In this document: in pieces, positions 48,072-56,995 of the stretch | Numbering within the stretch: the first letter of the stretch is position 1 | How the letters are laid out: the number at the start of each line of letters is the position of its first letter | Assembly: GCA_965208835.1 (NCBI GenBank) | Contig: OZ242358.1 | Span: 3,520,001 to 3,584,000 of the forward strand | Source: Candidatus Latescibacterota bacterium | GTDB lineage: Bacteria > Latescibacterota > UBA2968 > GCA-2709665 | Length of the DNA: 64,000 bases | Direction of reading: 5' to 3' | Notes under the pieces: generated by a model | The model's database searches: none | What the model saw: the letters and a program-made list of their open reading frames with translations, nothing else | Told to the model about the DNA's origin: nothing | Position numbers and translations under genes: made by a program

Positions 48072-48878
48072 CTACGAGTCCGCCGTCAGCGTCACGGTGT
48101 CTCTCCCTTCCAGACCGGCGACGACGGGAAACGTCTTCCTGCGAGGACCCATTTTTCCCGGCACATACCGCACCGAAGGCGGGAAATAGGCATACAGCGC
48201 GGTGTGACGCGGGCGAGGAGACGTATTTGGACCGGATCCGTGAACTGCCAATGAGTGGAATAACACGGCGTCACCCGCATTCAGGGGTACGTCGGTTTTC
48301 CCGGAAAGATCCACGTCATTCCGATCTGTCAGGGACTCATTCTGACGACGGGCGATGTGACCCCAGGCCTGAAGCCCCCACTTGTGGCTACCGGACAGGA
48401 CCTGGATACACCCGTTTTCCGGACTGGCGTCTGTCAGAGCGATACTCACCGTTACCAACGCCGGGGGCTGCATCGGCCAGTACGCCGAATCCTGATGCAA
48501 CCCGTGCGACGACCCGTGGTAGGCGGGTTTGAGCATCAGCGTACTCCGAAACAGTAGCAGGTCAGGACCGAGAAGCGACCCGACGAGGCGAATAAGCTTC
48601 GGATGCTCAGCCAGATCCCTGAAGACCCCGGATAATTCTCCCGTCTGTTCGATTTTTCGCAATACAGGCAGACCCGCTCGCGTCGCGTTTCCTGCGAATG
48701 GCTCGAGTTGAAAGCGCTCTGCCGCGGGATCGCCGCGCGCATCCAGCTCCACCGCCAGCCGATGCAACCGCTCGATCTCCCGCTCACATACGGCTACCTC
48801 ATCCGCGGAAAGCAGTGCCTTCGCCACGAGATAGCCATCTTCCTCGAATCGGGTTCTCTTAGCGTCCGGTTCCATCAT
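48072..48878 (-). CDS. Phytanoyl-CoA dioxygenase family Fe(II)/2-oxoglutarate dioxygenase
   Basis: FEEDGYL, HQD, ENGCI...GSH, HGSGPN...R. Confidence 0.93.
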   Translation of the reverse strand: MMEPDAKRTRFEEDGYLVAKALLSADEVAVCEREIERLHRLAVELDARGDPAAERFQLEPFAGNATRAGLPVLRKIEQTGELSGVFRDLAEHPKLIRLVGSLLGPDLLLFRSTLMLKPAYHGSSHGLHQDSAYWPMQPPALVTVSIALTDASPENGCIQVLSGSHKWGLQAWGHIARRQNESLTDRNDVDLSGKTDVPLNAGDAVLFHSLAVHGSGPNTSPRPRHTALYAYFPPSVRYVPGKMGPRRKTFPVVAGLEGRDTVTLTADS

Positions 48879-49146
48879 TGCCCTGCTGAAATGGGTATGC
48901 CGCCTGCATCGACAAAACCGTACAAAACGAAACCGGCTCTGTCAAATACAAAACCACAAGGCGGTCAGAGAATCTGAGTTGGAACGACCTTAGTCAGCGC
49001 ACTTCGACCGGCGGGCTGCCAGTCAAGCCGCAGCGTTTCGCATTACCTGTCACGTTTCGAATCTTTCCGCAGCACAACGCCTTTCCCGCAAGCCCATGTG
49101 GGCAGCAAAATCGTCAGCTGTCGTGATTTCAATTCCGTGTATTTCG

Positions 49147-49180
49147 TTGACACACATTGTCTCAGTGTGTATCTTACACA
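49147..49180 (+). promoter_or_regulatory. hicAB promoter with overlapping ACACA/TGTGT inverted repeats (putative HicB operator)
   Basis: TTGACA (49147-49152), 17-bp spacer, TATCTT (49170-49175); ACACA..TGTGT..ACACA boxes. Confidence 0.7.
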
Positions 49181-49182
49181 TT

Positions 49183-49377
49183 ATGACGAGTTCCGAGATC
49201 ATTCGAAAGTTGACGCAAGATGGATGGGTTCTGAAAAACACAAAGGGGAGCCACCATCAGTTCACGCATGCGCGGAAGTCCGGCCGGGTTACCGTCAAAC
49301 ATCCGAGCAAGGACATTCCAATCGGAACACTGCGCAACATCTACAGACAAGCCGAATGGCAATGGGAGGACCGCTGA
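49183..49377 (+). CDS. hicA: HicA mRNA interferase toxin
   Basis: IIRKLTQDGW...KGSHHQFTH...VTVKHP.KDIPIGTLRNI. Confidence 0.95.
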   Translation: MTSSEIIRKLTQDGWVLKNTKGSHHQFTHARKSGRVTVKHPSKDIPIGTLRNIYRQAEWQWEDR

Positions 49378-49799
49378 TGCGATTTCCAGTTGCGATTCAC
49401 AAGGACGCCAGTACCGGATATGGCGTCACCGTGCCGGATCTGCCGGGGTGCTTCTCGGCCGGAGATACGCTGGAAGACGCCATTGTCTCGGCTCACGAGG
49501 CCATCTCCTGCCACATTGAGGGCCTGTTGATGGACGGTGAGCCGATTCCGGAACAGGCGCCCATCGAGACCCACCGGGCTCGCGAAGCCGGAAGCCCCAC
49601 ATGGGCACTCGTATCCGTCGACGTTTCGCGCCTGTCGAGCGCGATCCGGCGGGTTAATATCTCAATGCCGGCGCGTGTGTTGGCCATCGTGGACGAGGCT
49701 GCAGCGCGGGAGGGCGAATCACGTTCGGGTCTGCTAGCGCGCGCGGCCCTCAGCTATATTCATCAAGGTTCCGTTGCGGTTCAACGAGACGAATCTTGA
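49377..49799 (+). CDS. hicB: HicB antitoxin with C-terminal ribbon-helix-helix
   Basis: YGVTVPDLPGCFSAGDTLEDA, RVNISMP, SRSGLLA; TGATG coupling with hicA. Confidence 0.95.
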   Translation: MRFPVAIHKDASTGYGVTVPDLPGCFSAGDTLEDAIVSAHEAISCHIEGLLMDGEPIPEQAPIETHRAREAGSPTWALVSVDVSRLSSAIRRVNISMPARVLAIVDEAAAREGESRSGLLARAALSYIHQGSVAVQRDES

Positions 49800-49841
49800 G
49801 AATCGGATAGGCGCGGGAGTCAACCCCGTCTCAAAGAGACC

Positions 49842-52028
49842 TCACCTCGGATTCAGCGCCAGCCAGGACCTCAGTGCCGGCGCCTGCGGGTGGTCCGGCG
49901 CCAGGTCCAGGACTCTTCTGAAGTTTGCCCGGGTTTTCCGTACGTTTCCCAACGTGTGATAGACAACGCCCAGGTTGTAAAACCCCTCGGCGTATCCGGG
50001 GTCCAGGGCCACGGCCTTCTCATAAGCGGATATGGCCTGTTCATAGTCCCTCAGACTGAGATACGCGTTCCCAAGATTCGAATGCGCCCGGGCATTACCC
50101 GGTTTCAGCGCAATCGCTTTTCGGTAGGCCCCGACCGCCGCGTCGAACTGTCCCGTTCTATAGTACAGATCGCCGACATTGTAATAGGCCGCAACGAACC
50201 GCGGCTTCAATGCGATCGTCTCTTCGAAATATCCCGCCGCCCTGTCATATTTCCTCAGACCGTACAGGGCATTGCCCATCTGGAAGTGCGCTTCCGCGAA
50301 ATCCGGCTTTAGTTCAATCACCTTCTCGAATTTCCCGATTGCCCGTTCGTACTTCCCTGTGTCGTAATACATATTTCCAAAATTGTAATAGGCTTCCGCG
50401 AAATCCGGCTCCAGCGCGATCACCTTCTGAAAGTACACCGACGCTCGATCATACTGTTTCAAGTCGTAATACAGGTTGCCGAGATTGTAAAAACCGCCCG
50501 CAAATCCTGGATCGGCTTCAGTCGCCGCTTCGTACGCCCCGATCGCCTGAACACTCCTTCCGTGATCCCTGTGGTATACCGCAAGCGTCTCCCATCCGTG
50601 CGACCGGGCGTGCGCCGACAGATATCCCCCTTCCATTTTACTGGAAAACCGGGCTTCGGCGGACAAATCGTCCGCGTTAACGCCGATCCAGAACACCGTG
50701 TGCAGGACCGCGGCCGCGCAGATCAATCCGGCGGCATCGACGGAGACGATCCGATCCCGAAACTCGCGGACCACAGTGAGCGCCGCCCACAACGTAATGG
50801 GCAATGCCGCGAAGGCGAAAACGTCCCAATCCCTGAAAGCGCCAAGTTCGGGGTTCGCGACAACCGTAAACAGGATGGGAAACAGCGCGGCAACCAGAAC
50901 AAACTGACGATCTGGCCCCCGCAGCCAGCTCGTCCTTCGGCACAGAAGCAGAGCCATCAGGGCAGACGGCGTAACGAGGAAGTACTGATTCACGAAATCG
51001 ACCCATTTCCCAATTGAAAACAACCTGTAGTGTTGTTTGGGTCCAGGTTCCGAAAACAGGTTCAGGATATAAAACCCCTGTCTCTTTTGAAGATACGCGA
51101 TCAGGTCGAACTGAATCAGCAGGAGCGCGCCGAAACAAACGACGGCGCTAACCAGCAGGGCGAACCCCGCTCTCGCTGCCAACCTCCCGTGACCGGTTGT
51201 ACCTGAGACACCCTCCGCCCGGCCATTGAGTATGGCCAGCGCCAGCAGGGAGGGCGCAAGCGTCATCATCGTTATATGGAGCGCCATCAGGACGCCCAGC
51301 AAGGCCGCGGGCCACCAGACCGTCAACCTGCCATTGAGTACGCGAATGCCCAGGAGCAGATATAGCAGCATAAACGGGAACAGAAACGCGTAATTTTCAA
51401 CATAAGCGAAAAAAAGCTGCATATACCCGGCCCCCAGCAACAGAGCCAGAATCAGGAATCGCTCCAGGGCGCCCTTCCCAAGGAGCCGCGCGGCATATCT
51501 GGCTACAACCAGATAGAGGATTCCGGAAACGCAACTAAAGATACGATACGTGGTCTCGGCGGAATGCCATGCTGACGCACCGGCACGGTGCAGCCCCCTG
51601 ACGATCCAGAACGTCAGCGGCGCGCGGTCCGTCCTCGGGACTTCGGACCAGAAGTCGTCCAGTTCGCGCATCAACATAATCCCGTCGCCGAGCAGATGCA
51701 CGGCGGATCGCATGCTCCAGAAAACCATAAGGCCGCCGAACAGAAGCAGGACCCACGAGAGAACCGATTGCCAGGTGCCGAATCCGCTGTCGAAGAACCT
51801 TGCAATGCCCCGGGTCCACCGCCCAAGGCGCCGCCGGGCAGCCATAAAAAGCAGCGCCGTGCTCAACAGCACGAAAATCGTCCGTGAAATGGCATCGTGG
51901 AACCGCAGGAAATCAACACCCCATACTGACACGGGCTGCCAGTAGGCGAACAGAATATGCAGGCCAAGAAAAAAACCAACCAATATGATCGGCTTACCGG
52001 TATCCGTGTGCTCTTCCTTCCGTTGCAT
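49842..52028 (-). CDS. Multi-pass membrane protein (GT-C-like) with C-terminal TPR array
   Basis: More than ten TM helices, LLGDG first loop, YVENY, RDWD; about seven canonical TPRs (AYYNFGNMY). Confidence 0.8.
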   Translation of the reverse strand: MQRKEEHTDTGKPIILVGFFLGLHILFAYWQPVSVWGVDFLRFHDAISRTIFVLLSTALLFMAARRRLGRWTRGIARFFDSGFGTWQSVLSWVLLLFGGLMVFWSMRSAVHLLGDGIMLMRELDDFWSEVPRTDRAPLTFWIVRGLHRAGASAWHSAETTYRIFSCVSGILYLVVARYAARLLGKGALERFLILALLLGAGYMQLFFAYVENYAFLFPFMLLYLLLGIRVLNGRLTVWWPAALLGVLMALHITMMTLAPSLLALAILNGRAEGVSGTTGHGRLAARAGFALLVSAVVCFGALLLIQFDLIAYLQKRQGFYILNLFSEPGPKQHYRLFSIGKWVDFVNQYFLVTPSALMALLLCRRTSWLRGPDRQFVLVAALFPILFTVVANPELGAFRDWDVFAFAALPITLWAALTVVREFRDRIVSVDAAGLICAAAVLHTVFWIGVNADDLSAEARFSSKMEGGYLSAHARSHGWETLAVYHRDHGRSVQAIGAYEAATEADPGFAGGFYNLGNLYYDLKQYDRASVYFQKVIALEPDFAEAYYNFGNMYYDTGKYERAIGKFEKVIELKPDFAEAHFQMGNALYGLRKYDRAAGYFEETIALKPRFVAAYYNVGDLYYRTGQFDAAVGAYRKAIALKPGNARAHSNLGNAYLSLRDYEQAISAYEKAVALDPGYAEGFYNLGVVYHTLGNVRKTRANFRRVLDLAPDHPQAPALRSWLALNPR

Positions 52029-52060
52029 AATCGCCCGCTCTTTGTGCAGAATACTACGGG

Positions 52061-54607
52061 TCAGCCCGAGGCGTTTCGGGAATTCCGTCGCGCGATGCGT
52101 GGACCGACCAATATTACCGCCGCCGCCAGCAGCAGCACGACGTCGACAATCAGCAGGGTGAAACGCAGCGGCGAAAGCGTGGGTTCAAGTACGATCCGGC
52201 TTTCCCCCGGGCCCAGTTTCAGCGCCACAAATCGCCCTGCCGTCGTGTACGGACGCACCTCGCCGCCATTTACGGTGATCCGCTGATGTGGATAGGCCGT
52301 ATATGCCAGCCGCGCGAAACAGGCCGCGCTGGCACGTACGACCAATTCGACCCGCTGGTTCCACAACCGGTGCGCCAGAACCTCCACCCGCGGCGACGTG
52401 CCCAGGTCTTCCTTCGCGTGTTCGTCCGTCACCAGGATCTGCTCGCAGGCACGGTTTTTTATGTCAACGTCCATAGACTGCAGCAACTTCACAAAGTCGC
52501 TCAATGCGAGGCTCTGGATCCTGCGCGCTTCCCGTTCATCCACACCCGACCCGGACCGGGCGCGCGCCCGGTCCAGTTCAAGGACCGGATAGGGCCATCC
52601 GGAGATTTTCGACGATACGACGACCGGACTGGCTTCAGGAAATTCTCCATGAAAGATCCGGTCCTGTTCTGAATCCGAATACAGCAGATGGCGGGTGTTC
52701 ATCAGAAAGAGCCCCGCCCGGATAACGTCGAATCCCGGCGTCTCCTCCAGGCCGGCCCCGTCGTCAAGGCGCTCCAGCGACAGGTGAAGCAGATCCTGGA
52801 AACGCCGGACAAAGGCCGGAACCGACAGCGGATACTGCGTGAACGTATCCAGAGGTGTCGCCAGGCCCGTCTCGAGGGTCAGCCAGGGGATGACGAAGTG
52901 ATAATAGATCCTGTTGGTCGTATGGAACACCCGATAGCCGGGAAGCTGTCCGTCCATGTGAGCTGCAAGTTCCTCCCGGAACCGTCTGTAAACGGGATGA
53001 TGCTGCAACGGCAGCGGCTTCGCAACAGGCCAGGCGTTCGGGTCACGCCGCAGGTCCTGCAAGGCGCGCGGCCCGATTTTCGACGCCACACCGGGAGAAC
53101 GGTACGGCTGCTGGAAGGTGGTTGGCCCCAAATCCGCCAGGACCACCACGAGAATCGCCACGAAGACCCCGACGGGGCGCTTCCGATCGGCAGCGCGCAC
53201 GGCCGCAAACAAACCCACCAGCACGGCGACAAAGAACACCACAAACAGCAGATAGCGGGAGGCGTTCATCGCCTGCACCACCCCAAGGGACTTCAGGACC
53301 GGCCAACGGTAACCGAATACCAGCAGCAGCGAACCGATCAGGCAGAAGCCGATCGGAAAACCCCAGGCACGCACTTCAGCCCTGCCGCTTCGAACGATCC
53401 GTACCAGTCCCCACAGGGCAATCGCGACCAGACTCACCCCGAGATAGCCGCCGTACCAGTGGTCCTGCGCCTGAAAGAGCCGGAACCGGTAGTTGGACCA
53501 GAGCAGCAGATGCCGCCAGGTGGGCATCGGAAAATCGGACATGTAGAACCCGGCGTGAAGCCCCGTCAGTCCCCGTTCCAGATACATCGGAACGGTCAAA
53601 TAAGCGCCCAGCAGCGCGCCACCGCCGAAAAGCAGCAATCCGTACCGGATTGAAAAAGGCGTGTCTCCGCTTCTGGTCATCCGGCACCTGACTAACGCAT
53701 ATAACAAGAGAAATAACGTTGCCCAAAATCCGTAACCGGGATGCGTAACGTGCAGACAACCCAGCGCGATACCGCCGCCAATCGCCTGGGCCAGCCGATT
53801 CGGATTGTTCCGAAGCCCCTCCCAGTAGTAAAACGGCAACGGAAGCAGGGCGTAGAACAGCGAGAGCGGCAACCTGCCCATAATGAGGACCTGCTGCGTA
53901 TGCCAGAAACTCAATACGTACGCGAGCCCCGCCGCGACCCCGGCCTGTCGCGACCCCGTCAACCGCCGGACGAAAAGATACGCACCCAACCCGGATACCG
54001 CATGGGCGGCGCCCAGCACGAATTTGATTGACGAGAACGGCGCCTGAAGCACCAGATTCACCAGCCCGACCAGGTAGTAGAACAGGAAGCCGTAAAACTG
54101 CAGGTAGGGCGCGCCATTGCAAAAGTAGTGCGTCCAGATCGGGACCTCACCCTGCAGCATTGACGTTGCCGCCAGCCAGGCGTATGTCACGTGCAGGTAC
54201 GTGTCGGCGCCATGCGCGAATTCCCCCTCGGCAAAATAAAAGCGAACCAGAATCAGGCTCCCCGAAACAAGGAACACGACAGTCCGCCTTTCACTCGCGA
54301 AGATGTGCTCGAAAAATACCGAGAGTCGCCGTCCGCGCCACTCCATGCCGATCAGGAGCATTCCAACAAGGAATATAAATATGAGCAGCAGTGCATCGGC
54401 GGTGCTGAAATCCACGAACCGCGATATAACCGATAGAAAGCCCTGAAGACTGTGATACCTCAGGCCCGGTCGAAGAACGCCGAACTTATCCAGCGTCACA
54501 TACTGGAAGAAAATCAGCAGCCCCGCCAGCAACGCCAGCAGGGCCGACACGTCCAGGGGCCATCCGGTTGTTTTACGTCCCTCAGGCCGTTTCAAATCGT
54601 ACTCCAC
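52061..54607 (-). CDS. GT-C-like membrane protein (6-pyruvoyl-tetrahydropterin synthase-related / YfhO-like)
   Basis: GADTYLH, PIWTHYFCNGAPYLQFYG, GAYLFVRRL, YLG, RYL; C-terminal AYP...TVNG Ig-like tail. Confidence 0.75.
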   Translation of the reverse strand: MEYDLKRPEGRKTTGWPLDVSALLALLAGLLIFFQYVTLDKFGVLRPGLRYHSLQGFLSVISRFVDFSTADALLLIFIFLVGMLLIGMEWRGRRLSVFFEHIFASERRTVVFLVSGSLILVRFYFAEGEFAHGADTYLHVTYAWLAATSMLQGEVPIWTHYFCNGAPYLQFYGFLFYYLVGLVNLVLQAPFSSIKFVLGAAHAVSGLGAYLFVRRLTGSRQAGVAAGLAYVLSFWHTQQVLIMGRLPLSLFYALLPLPFYYWEGLRNNPNRLAQAIGGGIALGCLHVTHPGYGFWATLFLLLYALVRCRMTRSGDTPFSIRYGLLLFGGGALLGAYLTVPMYLERGLTGLHAGFYMSDFPMPTWRHLLLWSNYRFRLFQAQDHWYGGYLGVSLVAIALWGLVRIVRSGRAEVRAWGFPIGFCLIGSLLLVFGYRWPVLKSLGVVQAMNASRYLLFVVFFVAVLVGLFAAVRAADRKRPVGVFVAILVVVLADLGPTTFQQPYRSPGVASKIGPRALQDLRRDPNAWPVAKPLPLQHHPVYRRFREELAAHMDGQLPGYRVFHTTNRIYYHFVIPWLTLETGLATPLDTFTQYPLSVPAFVRRFQDLLHLSLERLDDGAGLEETPGFDVIRAGLFLMNTRHLLYSDSEQDRIFHGEFPEASPVVVSSKISGWPYPVLELDRARARSGSGVDEREARRIQSLALSDFVKLLQSMDVDIKNRACEQILVTDEHAKEDLGTSPRVEVLAHRLWNQRVELVVRASAACFARLAYTAYPHQRITVNGGEVRPYTTAGRFVALKLGPGESRIVLEPTLSPLRFTLLIVDVVLLLAAAVILVGPRIARRNSRNASG

Positions 54608-54754
54608 GCCTTTGAAGCTGCTTAGAAAATAACCTGCGAGAATACGAAACTACAAGAATACGAAGAATCCGTGGGTGAGATCAATTGCCACAAGAGGCCC
54701 AAAACCACATTGCGGAGAACGTATTCCAAGCGCGCTGACTCAACGCATCTGGCG

Positions 54755-55393
54755 CTACTCGAAGGACAACCCCACTCGAGCGGGGAAAAGCTGGGTGCTG
54801 CCACGCTCTCCTGACGTAAATCCGGCCTCGAACCGGGCTTCGGCAAAGAGGTGGACCCGGTCCGTCAGCCGGATGTCGATTCCGGCGCCCGCATTCACCG
54901 CGAACCCGGTGCCGGATTGGCCGTCAACGTGAAAGATCTGGTTGCCAATCTCAACCACTTCCGTATCGGTTTCGGAATAAGACAGTATGCCCACGCCGCC
55001 AACCGCATACGGAACCGCCCTTACGTCCAGATCGTCGGAATCGATCGCCTTCGTGTATTTCAGACTGGCATACGCGCTGAACAGATGCTTGTCTCCGCCG
55101 CTGGTGCTCGTCACAACACCGAGCGCGTCGTTTTCCGCCTTGAATTTCCCCTCATCGAATCCGAAACGGACATAATTGATATTCCCCTGAAGCGCTATGC
55201 TGGGGTTGAGGAAATATTCCGCTCCGACTCCCAGGCCGATGCCCGGATACCAGAAGTCCGACAGCGAACTGGATGCAGACGCGGCAAACCCCGCGGTGAC
55301 GAAATAAACCGGCTTCTGCTGCGCTTCGACGTCGCCTGTCCATCCGCCTGCAAGCAAATGTACCCAGATTAAAATCGACAACACTCTCACCAT
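54755..55393 (-). CDS. Outer-membrane beta-barrel protein (OmpA/porin-like)
   Basis: Signal peptide, amphipathic strands, PYAVGGVG, NAGAGIDI, aromatic C-terminus (VGLSFE). Confidence 0.85.
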   Translation of the reverse strand: MVRVLSILIWVHLLAGGWTGDVEAQQKPVYFVTAGFAASASSSLSDFWYPGIGLGVGAEYFLNPSIALQGNINYVRFGFDEGKFKAENDALGVVTSTSGGDKHLFSAYASLKYTKAIDSDDLDVRAVPYAVGGVGILSYSETDTEVVEIGNQIFHVDGQSGTGFAVNAGAGIDIRLTDRVHLFAEARFEAGFTSGERGSTQLFPARVGLSFE

Positions 55394-55444
55394 ATCAGGT
55401 CTCCTTTTTCCGTCAGTCATCCACTCCTACTCCCGTCCAGCGTC

Positions 55445-56797
55445 TTACCTGTCACCGCCTTCCCCCAGCCTCCTCCATCCCTGAAGAATGGACGGGATCA
55501 TCTCTACGGGTTGTCCGGCTTTGCAGAAAACCGCCCACATGACATCCCAGACCCGCGGATTCCACTGGCACAGATCGATCCAGTCCGCACACGGCGTACT
55601 ATCTCCGTCCATACTGTCCACGCGTCCGCCGATCACGGGATCATCCACCGACCCGTTCCACATCTGGTCCAACAGGGTATGCGCGAATCGCTTCATATCG
55701 GCGTTGTTGAATACGACGCCGCGCCGGCAGGCATCGACCGCAAATCCGACATCGATTCGCCCGTGGCTGATATCTTCAATGGCGCTGTGTCCGTGAACGC
55801 CGCCTTCGATCCAGTCCCAATAGTACCAGGTATACGCACGACCTGTTTTCCACAAATGCCGCTTGAAATTCTTCGCCATGCGTTGCGCCCGATCGGCAAA
55901 CAGGCTTTTCCGCGATACGCTCTGCAGCGACAGGTAAGCACGACCCAGCGCGAGATACTGATTGTGCGGCATGATCCGGTTCGGAAACCGTTCCGTCATC
56001 CACGGGGAAAACCGATATCCGCCCGAGGACGGGGATGCATCCACCCAGTCACGCTCGTGCTTTTCGGCGATCTGTCTTCCGATAAGGCGAAGAAACGTCC
56101 GTGCGCTGGTTCCGAAGCCGGCCTTCAGCTGCGCACTTTTCAGGACGTGCTCGACAAAGCGGCTCACGGGATGCAGGAACATTCCCTGGTGAACGATATA
56201 CTCCAGCGGCTCGCCCGCAAATACATGCACCCAGAACCGGTCACCGGCGCGCGCGGTGCCATCGATGGTGATCTTGAACGGCGCAAAACCCTTCAGCGTT
56301 GCGCCGGGCCGAAACCGGCCGTCCGCCAATACCTTCCGTGTCCCATATTCCTGGACGGCGTACCTTCGCCCGGGGAGGACCTCCACGACGCGAATGCAAT
56401 CCTTCGCCATGTCACCCCCGCGGATAACCCACACCCGGTCCTCCTGTGGTGTGATCCGAGCCGTTCCACGGTTGTGCATCGGTCCCGTTCTCACCAGCGC
56501 CACCGAATACGTCGGGGTAACCCAGGTCGCATGCCCGTCGGCAAAGTGGTCCTGCCCTGTGGCGATCATCCGGTCGAAATGGTCTACGACCTTTCCCAGC
56601 CACCTCTCGTCCCCGGTAGATTCATAGATTTTGACGTACGCATCCAGAAACCCGCTCTCTCCCCATCCCAGGCTCCCGGAGTCCGGTTCGTCCGCTTGTC
56701 CTCTGCCACGATTGTGTGACCGGTCATAGCCGGCAAACCTTTCGACCATTTCCTGGAGATCAAAAGGCGCTGTGCGGGTGTTCACGGATGCCTCCAC
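55445..56797 (-). CDS. Hypothetical protein, probable alpha/alpha-toroid carbohydrate-active fold (start uncertain)
   Basis: LGWGES, YESTGDERWL, PHNQYLALG, WYYW and EDISHG segments. Confidence 0.7.
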   Translation of the reverse strand: MEASVNTRTAPFDLQEMVERFAGYDRSHNRGRGQADEPDSGSLGWGESGFLDAYVKIYESTGDERWLGKVVDHFDRMIATGQDHFADGHATWVTPTYSVALVRTGPMHNRGTARITPQEDRVWVIRGGDMAKDCIRVVEVLPGRRYAVQEYGTRKVLADGRFRPGATLKGFAPFKITIDGTARAGDRFWVHVFAGEPLEYIVHQGMFLHPVSRFVEHVLKSAQLKAGFGTSARTFLRLIGRQIAEKHERDWVDASPSSGGYRFSPWMTERFPNRIMPHNQYLALGRAYLSLQSVSRKSLFADRAQRMAKNFKRHLWKTGRAYTWYYWDWIEGGVHGHSAIEDISHGRIDVGFAVDACRRGVVFNNADMKRFAHTLLDQMWNGSVDDPVIGGRVDSMDGDSTPCADWIDLCQWNPRVWDVMWAVFCKAGQPVEMIPSILQGWRRLGEGGDR

Positions 56798-56804
56798 TTT
56801 GGAC

Positions 56805-56904
56805 GGGCGCCCACAAGGGACGCCCCTACAAGGTAAGGGGCGAACAATTCGCTATGTAGCAGGAAGTCTAATTGAAAATGTAGGGGCGTCCCTTGTGGGC
56901 GCCC
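56805..56904. repeat. REP doublet (REPIN-like, GTAG-type)
   Basis: Perfect 26-bp inverted repeat gggcgcccacaagggacgcccctaca / tgtaggggcgtcccttgtgggcgccc with a 48-bp spacer. Confidence 0.88.
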
Positions 56905-56995
56905 CCCTTTTCGTCTTAGACTATTCTGACCACTGCTTTTCGCCTTTGATCTTCTCTCTCCCCTCACTCCTATTCTCTCTCTCCTCGCCTTGCGC

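Noticed and set aside
54637-54668. agaatacgaa direct repeat in intergenic DNA
   Set aside because: Only two short copies; too little to call an operator or element
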